From: an uncultured delta proteobacterium
GTDB taxonomy: Bacteria; Desulfobacterota; Binatia; UBA9968
Direction: 5' to 3'
Assembly (NCBI GenBank): GCA_963745035.1
Contig: CAVUVW010000017.1
Location: 64,001 to 128,000, forward strand
DNA: 64,000 bases
A model generated the notes under the pieces. That model had not been told where the DNA came from and did not search any database. It was given only the letters and a program-made list of their open reading frames with translations. Position 1 is the stretch's first letter. Every line of letters starts with the position of its first letter. The position numbers and the translations under genes were made by a program. Shown piece after piece: positions 37,795-49,478 of the stretch.

Positions 37795-38683
37795 TCAGAA
37801 ATTCTCCCGCACCCGCAAGTAACTGACAAACCTCGGCAAGCCGGTTTTTGTCAGGCCGCGATAGGTGTACGTGATCGTCGTTCCCACCGGCGGCGGATTC
37901 TTGCGGACTTCATCGGTAAACCCGGTGCCAATCAGGAACTCTTTGCCGTCGCTCGCGCGCACGCGCAGCGCGCCCATCATGCCCTGATACTTTCCTTTGC
38001 CGGGCACATGGTCGATCACCACCGCCTCGGTGTCCTGCTGCGGCTTTACTTTGATCAGCACGTCGCTCCGCCCGGTCACGTAGAGAGCGTCGGCCAGATG
38101 CAGCATGAGCCCTTCGCCGCCGCGCCGCACCACTTCGTCGAGCCTGCGCTTGAGCGCGGCGCGGTCGGCGACGCGAAACTGCTCCACCGCGACGAGCTGC
38201 GGCCACTGCGTCGTGGCGACGATTTCGCGAATGCGCCGGGCGCGTTCGGCGAACGTGCCGGAGGCATTCGGCAGCTCGAAAACCATATATTTGACTTGCC
38301 GCCATTCGTCGTCCACCGGCTCGGTTTTGCGCACGATGCCCGAGAGCGCGTCGAAGCGCCCGCGCGCCAGCCAAAGCTCGCCGTCCAGCGCCGGCGCCGG
38401 CAGCTTGGCGATGAACCACGCCGGCGCGCTGACCGGACGGCCGCTGCGAAAACGCAGCGCTTTACCGTCCCATATGGCGCGCGCCCCGTCGAACTTTTCG
38501 CTGATCAGATACTTGGCCGGATCGATGTTGCGGACCGAGCTCGTTGGCAAGCAGCAACGGCGGCGCCGGGACCGTCTCGCCCGCATCAGCAACACCTGCG
38601 CAGCATGATATGGCGACTAGAACAACAATTACGAATCTATGGAAGGAATTCAGCGGCAAGATCAGCCCGTGGCGTATGCGCAT
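37795..38683 (-). CDS. Minimal ATP-dependent DNA ligase (Lig E-like) with probable signal peptide; frameshift near 38535
   Basis: SEKFDG motif I, LDGELW, EGLML, LIKVK, OB domain GTGFTD..PRF; hydrophobic leader in the adjacent frame. Confidence 0.85.
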
Positions 38684-38740
38684 GTGCGGTTGAAATAGGT
38701 GCGGCGCTAAAATTACGATCCAACCAGCGCGGCGGTATGT

Positions 38741-40117
38741 TTATGCTTCATCGACATCGTCGAGACCGTAAGCGTCTCGTTCTGTATAGTTTTCAAAGCG
38801 GGTGTATTCGCCAAGGAACGTCAGAGTGATAGTGCCGGTAGGACCATTGCGCTGTTTCTCGATAATGACTTCGGCTTTGCCCTTCACATCATCGTTGTTT
38901 CTGTCATAAAGCTCTTCTCGGTAGATGAACATGATCACGTCGGCGTCTTGCTCGATAGCGCCTGATTCACGCAAGTCGGACATCTGCGGCCGCCTTCCGG
39001 TTCGATCCTCCACTTTGCGGTTAAGCTGCGATAGCGCGATCACGGGAACGTTCAACTCTTTCGCGAGCGCTTTCAGAGAGCGGGAAATTTCAGAAATTTC
39101 CTGCTCGCGATTGTTGGCACCACCCATGCCGCGCATGAGTTGCAGATAATCGACTACGATCAAGCCGACCTTTTTCGAGCGGTCGCGCAGCAGTCGGCGC
39201 GCCTTGGCGCGGAGTTCGAGCACGGAAATCGCCGGCGTGTCGTCGATATAAATCGGCGCTTCGTGCAATCGCCCCGCCGCTTTGGCGAGCTGCGGGAAAT
39301 CGCGCTCGCCCAAGTAGCCGGATCGGACTTTAGAGCTGTTCACCCGCGCTTCCGAGCAGAGCATGCGCAACACCAACTGCTCTTTGGCCATTTCCAAAGA
39401 AAAGACCGCAGCGCCCACGCCGCCATATGCGGCATTGGCGGCGATGTTGAGAGCGAACGCGGTCTTCCCCATGCCCGGCCGGCCTGCGACGATGATGAGC
39501 TCGGCGGGTTGAAGCCCCGCGGTGATCTTGTCGAGATCTTCGTAACCGGTGGGCACTCCGGTGACCATCTCCTTTCGCTGATACAACTTGTCGATGGTTT
39601 TAAGCGTGTCGGTGATCATGTCGCCGACGGCGACGAACGACGCTTTGATTTTTTTCTCGGAAATGTCGAAGATGACCTTCTCGGCGGTATCGAGAAACTC
39701 CTCGACGTTGCCTTGTTCTTCGTAGCCGCGGGTGGCGATCTCGGTGGCGGTGCTGATCAGGCTGCGTAGGATAGCCTTCTCGCGCACGATGCGGGCGTAG
39801 TAAGCAATATTCGCGGCGGTCGGCACGAAGTCCGCCAAGGACGCGAGGTATGCCGTGCCGCCGACGGCTTCCAGCTCGTTGCGGCTCTTGAGAAACTCGC
39901 TCAAGGTGATCAGATCCACCGGTTCGCTGCGATCGGTGATGTCGATCATCGCGCGTAAAATCTTACGATGCGATTCCCGGTAAAAATCTTCAGGCCGAAG
40001 TAGCTCGAGCACCTGATTGATCGCCTCGTTCTCCAGCAAGATGCCGCCCAGCACCGAGGACTCGGCTTCGAGATTTTGCGGCGGCACTTTGCGAAGATTG
40101 TCGTCGAGAGCGGCCAT
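38741..40117 (-). CDS. dnaB: Replicative DNA helicase DnaB
   Basis: [51 protein letters not shown]. Confidence 0.97.
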   Translation of the reverse strand: MAALDDNLRKVPPQNLEAESSVLGGILLENEAINQVLELLRPEDFYRESHRKILRAMIDITDRSEPVDLITLSEFLKSRNELEAVGGTAYLASLADFVPTAANIAYYARIVREKAILRSLISTATEIATRGYEEQGNVEEFLDTAEKVIFDISEKKIKASFVAVGDMITDTLKTIDKLYQRKEMVTGVPTGYEDLDKITAGLQPAELIIVAGRPGMGKTAFALNIAANAAYGGVGAAVFSLEMAKEQLVLRMLCSEARVNSSKVRSGYLGERDFPQLAKAAGRLHEAPIYIDDTPAISVLELRAKARRLLRDRSKKVGLIVVDYLQLMRGMGGANNREQEISEISRSLKALAKELNVPVIALSQLNRKVEDRTGRRPQMSDLRESGAIEQDADVIMFIYREELYDRNNDDVKGKAEVIIEKQRNGPTGTITLTFLGEYTRFENYTERDAYGLDDVDEA

Positions 40118-40257
40118 CGTCTACTTCAACGGATTGGGTAAAGTGAAAGATACGTTCACAAAACTTCCATGAAAGATGTGAATCATCAGCTTCGCCCGGG
40201 CCGCTCAAAAAAGCAAGAAATTTTTTCGTCGAGTCGCAAAAAATTCTTTTGAAATAT

Positions 40258-40358
40258 TTTTCCACAGTAACGAACAAGTTGACGAGCCGCTCGGCGCCGC
40301 GACGTGTGGGCAGCGCCTCATGAATTCCATTCACAACTTCTCCACAGGCTTGTTCACA
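40258..40358 (+). promoter_or_regulatory. Cluster of DnaA-box-like 9-mers next to an AT-rich tract upstream of dnaB
   Basis: TTTTCCACA 40258-40266, CCATTCACA 40327-40335, TTCTCCACA 40338-40346, TTGTTCACA 40350-40358. Confidence 0.55.
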
Positions 40359-40478
40359 CACTAACGCGCCGATTGATTTCAGGCCGGCGATGCACGCGCC
40401 TTTCCACGGCAGCGACTCGTTTTGGCTTATTGGGCGGAAAAAGCCGATTGCCGGTGCACGCCGGAGAGAAACTCGATG

Positions 40479-40835
40479 CTAGGCTTTGAGATATTCGACT
40501 TTGACCGTGGTATGGATGCCGCCGCGCACGTTGAAGTCGCCGACGACGGTCATTTTGCGCGGCTGGCATGCTTGCACTAAGTCGTCGAGGATTTTGTTGA
40601 TGACCGCTTCATGGAAGGCGCCTTCATTGCGATAGGACCAAATGTAGAGCTTCAGTGATTTTAACTCGACGCAAACCTTGTCGGGCACGTAGTTGATGCG
40701 AATCGTGGCGAAATCCGGCTGGCCGGTGCGCGGACATAGGCAGGTAAACTCCGGGCACTCCATGTTGATCTCGTAATCGCGCTCCGGGCGAGGGTTGGGA
40801 AAGGTCTCCAGCGCTTTGCTGGGCAAGGTCGCCAT
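40479..40835 (-). CDS. queF: preQ0 reductase QueF (short type I)
   Basis: [30 protein letters not shown]. Confidence 0.95.
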   Translation of the reverse strand: MATLPSKALETFPNPRPERDYEINMECPEFTCLCPRTGQPDFATIRINYVPDKVCVELKSLKLYIWSYRNEGAFHEAVINKILDDLVQACQPRKMTVVGDFNVRGGIHTTVKVEYLKA

Positions 40836-40954
40836 CGTCCGATCTTAGCGCGCCGCAAATGTATTTCCAAATCGCCAACTTACCTTGACTTGAAAATGGG
40901 CCGGTGATACCCAAAAGCAAATCTTCAGCGCCCGTTTCGAGTTTCCAGGAGGTT

Positions 40955-41752
40955 ATGGTGAGCAAGCCTAAAGAACCCAAGGCCGGCGAAAAGCTAACGG
41001 AACAAGAGGCGAAAGCCTACGTCGACTATCTTTACTCGACGCTTTACAAGTACGCGCACGAGAAAATCTACAAGGGCGCCTTCATGACGCAGTTGCGTGA
41101 CGGCAAACTGCCGCTGCCCGTGATGCGTCAGTTCTTCAAAAACTGGGGCCATTTCTCCTTGGAGGTGAACGCGCTCAACGCGGTTTCCTACTACACGCAC
41201 CTGCCTTTTTTCGTGCGCAATTTCGACCTGCTCGGTCCGTTCTGCGCCAAGATCGCCGACGAGCTCATTTCTCCCCGGGCGCCGGGTCACGTATTGGTGC
41301 TGCTCCAGACCGCGGAAAAGATGGGCCTCAACAAAAAAGAGGTGTTGGAAGATCCCTATCTCCCGGCGGCCCGCGCAATCAACGATTATTGTCACAAGAT
41401 TTTCATCGACGGCTCGATTGTCGAGCTATGGGGGCTGCACGTTTTCGAAGAGTCGCTCTCCATGTGGTCGGGACAGTGGTTCACTGCCCTCACCACGCAT
41501 TACGGCTTCAGCAAACCGGACGCCATCTATTTTTCCACCCACGAAGAAGCGGACATGGATACCCACAAGCTCGGCGAGGACGGCGAGGAGGCCATGGGAC
41601 ACGGCGCCTTTAATCGCACAGTACTGACCCGCGCGCTCCAGGAAAGCGTCGAATTTCGCACCGGCTATTCGATCGAATACTGCGCAATGACGATGGTCGA
41701 CCTACACGCTCAGATGAAACAGGCGGCGCTGGATAATCCCTATGGAACTTGA
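40955..41752 (+). CDS. Heme-oxygenase-like (TenA/PqqC/CADD fold) iron-containing redox enzyme
   Basis: Helical protein with DE..GH, FEE, YFSTHEEAD...GH candidate dimetal ligands; AGGAGG RBS. Confidence 0.7.
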   Translation: MVSKPKEPKAGEKLTEQEAKAYVDYLYSTLYKYAHEKIYKGAFMTQLRDGKLPLPVMRQFFKNWGHFSLEVNALNAVSYYTHLPFFVRNFDLLGPFCAKIADELISPRAPGHVLVLLQTAEKMGLNKKEVLEDPYLPAARAINDYCHKIFIDGSIVELWGLHVFEESLSMWSGQWFTALTTHYGFSKPDAIYFSTHEEADMDTHKLGEDGEEAMGHGAFNRTVLTRALQESVEFRTGYSIEYCAMTMVDLHAQMKQAALDNPYGT

Positions 41753-41782
41753 CGGGGACGGCGCCGAATATCTTAACACTAG

Positions 41783-43507
41783 ATGACTGACAACGAACTC
41801 GAACCTCTGCGCCCCATCCTCGCCGAGTTGGCGCCGCAGGGCCGCCCCGCGCTCTTGCCAGCCTTGCACGCCGCGCAGCGTTTTCATGGCTGGCTGTCCG
41901 AGCCGGTTGTGGCGGAAGTGGCCCGCGCATTGGGTGTCCCGCTGGCCGACGTGTATGGTGTTATCGAATTCTACGCCATGTTCTACCGGCACCCGGTGGG
42001 CCGGACTATGGTACGCGTCTGCAGCGCGCCGGTGTGCGCTGTGGCGGGAGCCGAGGCGGTGGCGGAGTCGCTATGCCGTCACTTGAAAGTCGCATCGGAT
42101 CAAGTCACTGTGGACGGCGCGTTTACGGTCGAGCATGCGCCTTGCCTGGGCTTGTGCGACCGCACGCCCGCGCTGCTCGTCGGCGAAGTCGCTGTTGGCC
42201 ATGCTGCGCCCGAGCAAGCGGCCGCGATCTGTGCGGTAAGCAGCGACGAGACAGTGAGCTTTGTCGGCGGCGACATCCGCATCCTCACGAGCAATTGCGG
42301 CCAAGGTCGGCCCACGTCCCTCGCCGACTATCAAGCAACCGGCGGTTATACCGGACTCAAAAAGGCTTTGACGATGACGCCGCAAGCTGTGCTCGGCGAA
42401 GTGAAGACCGCGGGACTGGTCGGCCGCGGCGGCGCGGCATTTCCCACCGGCATCAAGTGGGAAGGAGCGGCAAATGCGCCGGGCCAACCCAAGTATATCG
42501 TCTGCAACGCCGACGAGTCCGAGCCTGGAACCTTCAAAGACCGAATTCTCATGGAGGAGGATCCGCACCGAACTATTGAAGGCATGACCATCGCGGCTTA
42601 TGCCGTAGGCGCGAGTCGAGGTTATATCTACATACGCGGAGAATACCCGTACGCCTTCAAAGTCATGACCGAAGCGGTAGCCGAAGCACGGCAGGCCGGC
42701 GCCATCGGTAAGAATATTTTCGGTTCTAAATTGGACTTCGACATTGAAATGCGCCTCGGCGCCGGCGCCTACATTTGCGGCGAGGAAACCGCGCTCCTCG
42801 AATCCATCGAAGGCAAGCGCGGCTTGCCGCGCATCAAGCCGCCCTTTCCGACTACTCACGGACTATTCGGCAAGCCCACGGTCATTAACAACGTGGAAAC
42901 TTTCTGCAACATCCCGCTGATCGTCGAACGCGGCGCGACAGAGTATCGAAAACTGGGCACGGAAAAATCTCCCGGCCCGAAGCTCTTCTGCGTGTCCGGG
43001 AAGGTTCAGCGACCTGGCCTCTACGAAGTGCCGTTCGGTGTGACCTTGCGTCATTTGCTTTTCGATTTGGCGGGCGGGTTAAAGCCGGGGCGCAAGCTTC
43101 AAGCCGTGCTCATGGGCGGCGCCGCCGGCGCATTTGCCCTTGAGAAAGACCTGGACGTGATTCTTTCCTTCGAGAGCCTGAGCGCGGCGGGGTTGCCGCT
43201 CGGCTCCGGCGCAGTTATGCTTTTCGATGATAGCGCGGACATGCGCGACGTGCTGAAGCGACTAGCGCATTTCTTTGCCGACGAAAGCTGCGGCAAGTGT
43301 TATCCTTGCCAGCTCGGCGCGCGCCGGCAATATGAAATTCTCCAGCGCACCGCGGCCGGACATCCGCTCGCCGGCGACCGCGAACGGCTATCGGACGTGG
43401 GCGCGACGATGATCGATGCCTCGCTCTGCGGCTTGGGCCAGACGGCGGCCACGGCGGTCTTGAGCGCGATGAAACTCTGGCCAGAAATGTTCGATGCGCG
43501 GAAATAG
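41783..43507 (+). CDS. NuoE-NuoF fused NAD(H)/FMN diaphorase subunit of formate dehydrogenase
   Basis: CSAPVC...CLGLC 2Fe-2S; [31 protein letters not shown]...LCGLG. Confidence 0.9.
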   Translation: MTDNELEPLRPILAELAPQGRPALLPALHAAQRFHGWLSEPVVAEVARALGVPLADVYGVIEFYAMFYRHPVGRTMVRVCSAPVCAVAGAEAVAESLCRHLKVASDQVTVDGAFTVEHAPCLGLCDRTPALLVGEVAVGHAAPEQAAAICAVSSDETVSFVGGDIRILTSNCGQGRPTSLADYQATGGYTGLKKALTMTPQAVLGEVKTAGLVGRGGAAFPTGIKWEGAANAPGQPKYIVCNADESEPGTFKDRILMEEDPHRTIEGMTIAAYAVGASRGYIYIRGEYPYAFKVMTEAVAEARQAGAIGKNIFGSKLDFDIEMRLGAGAYICGEETALLESIEGKRGLPRIKPPFPTTHGLFGKPTVINNVETFCNIPLIVERGATEYRKLGTEKSPGPKLFCVSGKVQRPGLYEVPFGVTLRHLLFDLAGGLKPGRKLQAVLMGGAAGAFALEKDLDVILSFESLSAAGLPLGSGAVMLFDDSADMRDVLKRLAHFFADESCGKCYPCQLGARRQYEILQRTAAGHPLAGDRERLSDVGATMIDASLCGLGQTAATAVLSAMKLWPEMFDARK

Positions 43508-43522
43508 GATTCAGCACACGGA

Positions 43523-43651
43523 GGAGTGATGGATTATTGGAGTAATGGAGTGATGCTTTCCGGACCCAACACTCCAGTACTCCATCACTCCAATACACGA
43601 AGAGCACGAAGTTCGGAGTTTTGATGATGCAAAACCTTCGTGCCCTTCGTG
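43523..43651. repeat. Two adjacent REP-like inverted repeats built from short tandem units
   Basis: GGAGTGATGG..TGGAGTAATGGAGTG vs CACTCCAGTACTCCATCACTCC; CACGAAGAGCACGAAG vs CTTCGTGCCCTTCGTG. Confidence 0.75.
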
Positions 43652-43703
43652 GTGAAATGATCCGGGTGCTTGACCTAGGTACCGCTTAATCGCAGGATTA
43701 CTT

Positions 43704-44405
43704 ATGCCCGATGTCACACTCACGATCGACGGTACTTCAGTCACCGTGCCCGCTGGGACAACGATCCTCAAGGCGGCGGAGCAGGTCGACCGGCATGTTC
43801 CAACCATTTGCTATCACGACCACTGCACGGCGAACGGCCTGTGCCGTATCTGCGTGGTCGAAGTTGACGGAGTAAGACCGCTCCTTCCGGCATGCCTGAG
43901 CCGTGTGAGCGATGGCATGAAAGTTTCCACGTCGAGCGCGCGCGCCGAGCGCAGCCGCCGGACGATTCTCGAGATGCTCGCCTCCGCCGTCGATCTCTCC
44001 GAATCACCCGAGATTCAAAAATTCATCGATGATTATCGCGCCGACCGCGCGCGCTTTCCGGAGGCGAAGCGGCGCGAGGCACCCGTTCTCGATGACAATC
44101 CGATGTATCTTCGCGATTATGACAAGTGCATCTTGTGCTGGCGCTGCGTTCAAGTCTGCGCCGAGGACGCACAGTTTACCTACGCGATCAATTTCAAGGG
44201 GCGCGGCTTCGACACCGGCATCGGCACCTTCTTCGACAAGCCCATGCCGGAAACGACCTGCGTGTTCTGCGGCCAATGCGTCGGCGTCTGCCCCACCGGA
44301 GCGCTCAAGCCCAAGCGCGAGGCGATGCTCGAGCAGGGCATTTCATTAGATGAAATCTTGCAAGCGAGCAGGGCCGGCAGGAAGCGCCGGAGAAAGTCAC
44401 CATGA
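43704..44405 (+). CDS. Fe-S subunit (2Fe-2S plus 2x4Fe-4S; NuoG/HoxU N-terminal-like)
   Basis: PTICY..C...[26 protein letters not shown]. Confidence 0.9.
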   Translation: MPDVTLTIDGTSVTVPAGTTILKAAEQVDRHVPTICYHDHCTANGLCRICVVEVDGVRPLLPACLSRVSDGMKVSTSSARAERSRRTILEMLASAVDLSESPEIQKFIDDYRADRARFPEAKRREAPVLDDNPMYLRDYDKCILCWRCVQVCAEDAQFTYAINFKGRGFDTGIGTFFDKPMPETTCVFCGQCVGVCPTGALKPKREAMLEQGISLDEILQASRAGRKRRRKSP

Positions 44406-46555
44406 TCACAGCCGATCGTGTCGTACCAACCACGTGTCCTTACTGCGGCGTTGGATGCAATCTCGAGCTGCACATCAAGGATGATTACATCTACAAAGTC
44501 ACTTCGCCGTTTGACGCTACGGTCAATCACGGAAACCTGTGCGTCAAAGGACGCTTCGGCTACGACTTTATCTACAACAAGGACCGCGTAACGACGCCGC
44601 TCATTCGCAAAAAAGCGCAGGCACCCGGCGCGCGCACCCAGGCGTTCGAGCGCGATCAATGGCGCGAGGTCTCGTGGGACGAGGCCCTCGACTACACCGC
44701 CGACCGGATGGTGGAAATTTACCAGCGCGACGGCGCGGATGCGATGGCGGTTTATTGCTGCGCCAAGGCCACCAACGAGGATAATTATCTTTTACAAAAG
44801 CTTTTCCGCGCGCTGTTCCGCAGCAACAACATCGATCACTGCACGCGCTTGTGCCATGCCGGCTCGGTAGTCGCGCTGCAGATGGCCATCGGCTCATCGG
44901 CCATGAGCAACACTGCGGCCGAGGTAATTCACAGCGATGTATTCATCGTGACCGGTTCCAACACGGCGGAAACTCATCCCATCATCGCCCTACAAATGAA
45001 GGCCGCGGTCGCCAACCACGGCGCCAAGCTGATCGTTGTCGACCCCCGACGCGTGGAGATGGTCAACTGGGCTACGCTCTGGCTCCCCGAGAAGCCGGGG
45101 ACCGATGTGCCGGTTTTCTCCGCTATGTCGCACGTCATTATCAAAGAAAAACTTTACAACCAGGAATTCATCGATAGGCGCACAGAGGGCTTCGATGAAT
45201 TCGCCAAAACCATGGAGAAGTTCACTCCGGAATACGCCGAAGCGATTTCAGGCGTCGATCGCAACCTGATCGTTCAGGCGGCGCGGATGTATGCGGGGGC
45301 GAAGAACGCAGCCATCTACTGGGCGCTGGGCATACCCGAGCACTCGCACGGCACGGACAACGCCATGTCGCTGATCCATCTCGCGTTGCTCACCGGCCAC
45401 ATCGGCCGAAAAGGCACCGGGCTTAATCCCCTGCGCGGCCAAAACAACGTTCAGGGCGCGTCGGATTCCGGCGCCATGCCATGGCACTATCCCGGCTATC
45501 AACGCGTCGATGACGAAGCCTCCGCGCGCAAATTCGAGCAGGCATGGAATATCGAGCCTGGCGGACTTAACCTTAGACTGGGGCTGACGACGACCGAAAT
45601 CATGAGCGAAGTCAGGCCGGGCGGCGTGCGCGCCCTGCACATCATGGGCGAAAATCCGATGATGTCCGAGCCCAATCTCAACCACACGCGCCACATGATG
45701 GAACAGTTGGAATTCCTAGTAGCGCAGGACTTGTTCATCAACGAATCCGGCGCCTACGCCGACGTCTTTTTGCCCGCGGCTTCCTGGGCGGAAAAGGAAG
45801 GCACGTTTACCAACACGGACCGGCGCGTGCAGCGCGTGCGTAAGGCGCTGGAGCCGCGCGGTCAGGCGCGCGCCGACTGGCAGATCGTCTGTGATCTTGC
45901 CGTGCGCATCGAAAAGAAGCTTGGCCGGCCGCAGACCGCCTTCTGGGCCTATCAGACTCCCGCTGAAGTGCTGGAGGAAATGGGTCGTGTAGTGCCCGAG
46001 TACACCGGTGTGAAATATCAACGCATCGAAAAAGAGGGCCTACAAACGCCGGTGTGGGATGACAACCATCCAGGCACACCCTATTTATTCGCCGAAACCT
46101 TCCCGCGCGGTCGGGGTAAATTCTATGATATCGACTACGTACCTTCCGTCGAAATGCCCGACGAGGAATATCCTTTCATCCTCACCACCGGACGCCTGCT
46201 CGAGCATTGGCACGGCGGCACGCTGACGCGCCATTCGAAACTCGACGATCTCTATCCACAGGCGCGCATTGAGATCAATCCTGCCGACGCCACGCGGCTC
46301 AAGATTGACGACGGACAGGCCGTGCGCGTCTCGTCACGCCGCGGCACGGTCGTCCTCCGTGCCTGGGTGACCCAACGAACCACCGTCGGAGTGGTGTTCA
46401 TTCCCATGCATTTTGCCGAAGCCGCCGCCAATCTGCTCACCATCGACGCCCTGGACCCCTTGGCCAAAATCCCCGAATACAAGGCCTGCGCCGTGCGCAT
46501 CGTGCCCGCAGGCAAGGAGGAACTGCCGCCGTTGGTCACGAGGGGGCGATACTGA
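44402..46555 (+). CDS. fdhF: Mo/W-bis-PGD formate dehydrogenase alpha subunit (Cys-type)
   Basis: [48 protein letters not shown]. Confidence 0.92.
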   Translation: MITADRVVPTTCPYCGVGCNLELHIKDDYIYKVTSPFDATVNHGNLCVKGRFGYDFIYNKDRVTTPLIRKKAQAPGARTQAFERDQWREVSWDEALDYTADRMVEIYQRDGADAMAVYCCAKATNEDNYLLQKLFRALFRSNNIDHCTRLCHAGSVVALQMAIGSSAMSNTAAEVIHSDVFIVTGSNTAETHPIIALQMKAAVANHGAKLIVVDPRRVEMVNWATLWLPEKPGTDVPVFSAMSHVIIKEKLYNQEFIDRRTEGFDEFAKTMEKFTPEYAEAISGVDRNLIVQAARMYAGAKNAAIYWALGIPEHSHGTDNAMSLIHLALLTGHIGRKGTGLNPLRGQNNVQGASDSGAMPWHYPGYQRVDDEASARKFEQAWNIEPGGLNLRLGLTTTEIMSEVRPGGVRALHIMGENPMMSEPNLNHTRHMMEQLEFLVAQDLFINESGAYADVFLPAASWAEKEGTFTNTDRRVQRVRKALEPRGQARADWQIVCDLAVRIEKKLGRPQTAFWAYQTPAEVLEEMGRVVPEYTGVKYQRIEKEGLQTPVWDDNHPGTPYLFAETFPRGRGKFYDIDYVPSVEMPDEEYPFILTTGRLLEHWHGGTLTRHSKLDDLYPQARIEINPADATRLKIDDGQAVRVSSRRGTVVLRAWVTQRTTVGVVFIPMHFAEAAANLLTIDALDPLAKIPEYKACAVRIVPAGKEELPPLVTRGRY

Positions 46556-46753
46556 CGATCGAGCGTGCCGGAGAATAAATCTCGCTTCCGAGAGACTGGC
46601 CAGTACAACCTGACGGACCGCGTATTTTAGAAACTTCCTTTGCGCCATTTTCGAGCTGATTTATCCAGCTCATATCCTTAGCTGTCCCTCGCCTCCTTGA
46701 CTCCGAAGTTCGCCCGACCCTAGTATTTCAGTAGTGTTGCGTACTCGTGGATC

Positions 46754-47641
46754 ATGGACGAGCCTCAAACAATCGTTGACGCAACCGCTGTCATTTTGAC
46801 GGGCGGTAAAAGCTCGCGCATGGGCCGGCCCAAGGCGCTGCTGCCGTTCGACGGCGAGCCGCTCATCGCGCACATCCTCCGCGGTCTCAAAAAGATGTTC
46901 GCCGAAGCCGTCGTCGTCGCTGCTCCCGAGCAGGAACTGCCGACCCTGCCGGCGCTCTTGGTGCGCGACGAGGTCGCCTATCAAGGTCCGGTAAGCGGCA
47001 TTTACCACGGCTTGAAAGCTGCCGGCCATGACGTTTGTTTCATGACCTCCTGCGATGCACCCTTTCTCAATCTCGCTTTGATTTCCCATCTCGTATCGCA
47101 GATCTCCGGCTGGGACGTGGTCGTGCCGTTCTGGCAGGATCGCTTGCAACCTCTCCATGCGGTTTACCGGCGCGGTGTGGCGCCGCTTCTTAAAGAGCAA
47201 CTCGAACGCGGCGAGCTGCGCCCGATTTTTCTTTACGATAAGGTGCGCACCCGCAAGATTCACGAAGACGAAATCCGCCGTCATGATCCAGAAGGCTTGA
47301 GCTTTCTCAACATGAACTCACCGGAGGAGTACGACGCTGCACTGAAACTTTGGAGCAGGAAAAATCGCGTCTCGGTCTCCGTCGAACTTTTCGGCGTGGC
47401 GCGCATGTTGGCCAAAACCCAATTCGTGCCTCTCGACCTGGTGCAGGGAGCGACACTCGCCCAGGTCTTTTCAGCGCTGGCGGACAAGTTCCCGGTGCTC
47501 GCTGGCCGGATCATCAGCTCCGACGGTCTGATCTCGGGCTACACATGCAACATCAACGGCTTGGATTTTGTGCGCACGCCGAGCGCCAAGGTAAACTCGG
47601 GAGACAAGATTTTCATTCTTTCCGCCGACGCGGGAGGCTGA
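46754..47641 (+). CDS. MobA molybdenum cofactor guanylyltransferase fused to a C-terminal MoaD/ThiS-like domain
   Basis: LTGGKSSRMG, GPVSG, SCDAPF, NMNSPEE; then VSVELFG...ILSADAGG ending in Gly-Gly. Confidence 0.85.
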   Translation: MDEPQTIVDATAVILTGGKSSRMGRPKALLPFDGEPLIAHILRGLKKMFAEAVVVAAPEQELPTLPALLVRDEVAYQGPVSGIYHGLKAAGHDVCFMTSCDAPFLNLALISHLVSQISGWDVVVPFWQDRLQPLHAVYRRGVAPLLKEQLERGELRPIFLYDKVRTRKIHEDEIRRHDPEGLSFLNMNSPEEYDAALKLWSRKNRVSVSVELFGVARMLAKTQFVPLDLVQGATLAQVFSALADKFPVLAGRIISSDGLISGYTCNINGLDFVRTPSAKVNSGDKIFILSADAGG

Positions 47642-47645
47642 GCCC

Positions 47646-49451
47646 ATGCACGGCTTTCACGGACGTTTGCTTCATGTCGACTTGAGCACGGGAGAAAGCT
47701 TCTGGCGCGAGATCGAGGAGTCGCGTCTCCGCGCTTTCCTCGGCGGCATCGGGTTGGGCACAAGCCTGCTCTACGATTATGCGCCGCCGGGAGTCGATCC
47801 TTTCTCTCCCGCCAATCCTTTGATCTTCGCCAGCGCGCCCCTGGTCGGCACCGGCCTCACGACCACTGCAAAGTTTGCCGTGGTGACCAAATCTCCGCTC
47901 ACCGGATTTATCGCCGACTCACTCTCCTCGAGTTACTTCGCGCTCGAGCTCAAACGAGTGGGCATCGACGCGCTCGTCATAACCGGCCGCGCCGCGGCGA
48001 TGTCGTACATCTTCATTCACAATGAGAAAGTAGAAATCCACGGTGCCGAGCACCTGCGCGGCAAAAGTCCTCTCGAATGCGAATCTACCATTCGCACCGA
48101 AATCGACACTCCGACCGCGCGCATCGCCGCCATCGGCAAAGCCGGCGAAAATAAAGTCCGCTTCGCCACCATCAGCAACGAAGGGCGCCACGCCGGCCGC
48201 GGCGGCGTCGGCGCGGTGATGGGATCGAAGAATCTCAAAGCCAGTCGCCTTGCGCGGCGATCATGACCACCACCGTGGCCGATCCGACGGCTGTCGACGA
48301 GATCGCCGAGCGCATTGCGCGAGCGAAGCTTGGGTTCGCTCACCGACAAATATCGAAAGATCGGCACGGTGGCCAACTTGGCAGTTTTCAATCGCCTCGG
48401 CACTTTGCCCACGCGCAATTTTCAGCAATCGACTTTTGACACGCCGACGCCTTGAGCGGAGAGACCCTGACGGAAAATAATTTCAGCCGCCGGCATGGTT
48501 GCGCCGCCTGCACGATCCAATGTGAGCGCTATTTAAAGCCCTCAATGGCGAGGAGCAGCGGCTGGAATATGAAACTCTTTTCGCCCTGGGGCCGCTTTGC
48601 GGCATTGAGAATCCTGATGCGGTGCTGCAGCACCGCTCAACTCTGCGACCATTATGGCATGGACACGATCAGCGCCGGCGGCACCGTGGCGTGGGCGATG
48701 GAGTGCAGCGAGAGAGGATTGTTGCCGCAAACACAAAAGCTTGGCTTGAAGTTCGGACAAGCGGATGATCTTCTCGCGATCATTCCCGCGATCGCGGAGA
48801 GGCGCGGCGTGGGCGCGTTGTTGGCGGAAGGTTCGCGTCGGGCCGCCATTGGAGATCGGCGGAGCAGAGAATGCACTGGGCGATGCACGTAAAAGGATTG
48901 GAGCTGCCCGGCTATGAACCACGCAGCTTGAAAACCATGGCGCTCGGCTCTGGCGGTCAGCCCGCGCGGCGCCTGCCACAATCGCTCCGGCGCTTACGAA
49001 GCCGATTTTTCCGGCGAGGTCGATCGTCTTCGCAACGATTCCGGCAGAGGCGGTCTCGTCGCCGCATCCGAAGATTTCGCCGCTGTGCTCGACTCGCTCA
49101 TCGTCTGTAAATTCCTGCGCAAGTGTTTCAGTGATTTTTATGCCGAGGCGCCGAGCTGTTTGAGCAAGGTTACTGGATGGGACTATTCGAGCGCCGAGCT
49201 GGAGCGCGTCGGCGAGCGCATTCACAATCTTAAAAAAACTTTTCAACATGCGCGAGGGTTGGCGCTGTGACGATGACTGGCTGCCGGAGCGGCTGCTCAG
49301 CGAAATCCTGCCCACCGGCGTCGCCCAGGGTGTTGGCTTAAGCGCCAACGAACTTCGCCAGATGATTGGCGGCTATTACCGAGCAAGAGGATGGAATGAC
49401 AACGGATTTATTCCGGATGAAAAATTAAACGAACTGGGGATTTCGCTGTAA
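47646..49451 (+). CDS. Aldehyde:ferredoxin oxidoreductase family (tungstoenzyme), many frameshifts
   Basis: FLGGIGLG, KSPLTG, AGRGGVGAVMGSKNLKA, GCAACTIQC, EYET, GMDTISAG, VKGLELPGYEPR, DSLIVCKF, YYRARGW. Confidence 0.85.
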
Positions 49452-49478
49452 TCAGCTTTTGGGTTTGGTCTTGAGCCC

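Noticed and set aside
40479-41752. queF plus HO-like enzyme as a 7-deazapurine natural-product or DNA-modification cluster
   Set aside because: Divergent orientation; no queC/D/E, tgt or dpd genes nearby
43523-43651. CRISPR-like array
   Set aside because: Units are 7-9 nt, degenerate and inverted, with no unique spacers or cas genes
44850-44860. Selenocysteine recoding in the FDH alpha subunit
   Set aside because: The active-site codon is Cys (RLCH) in an open frame
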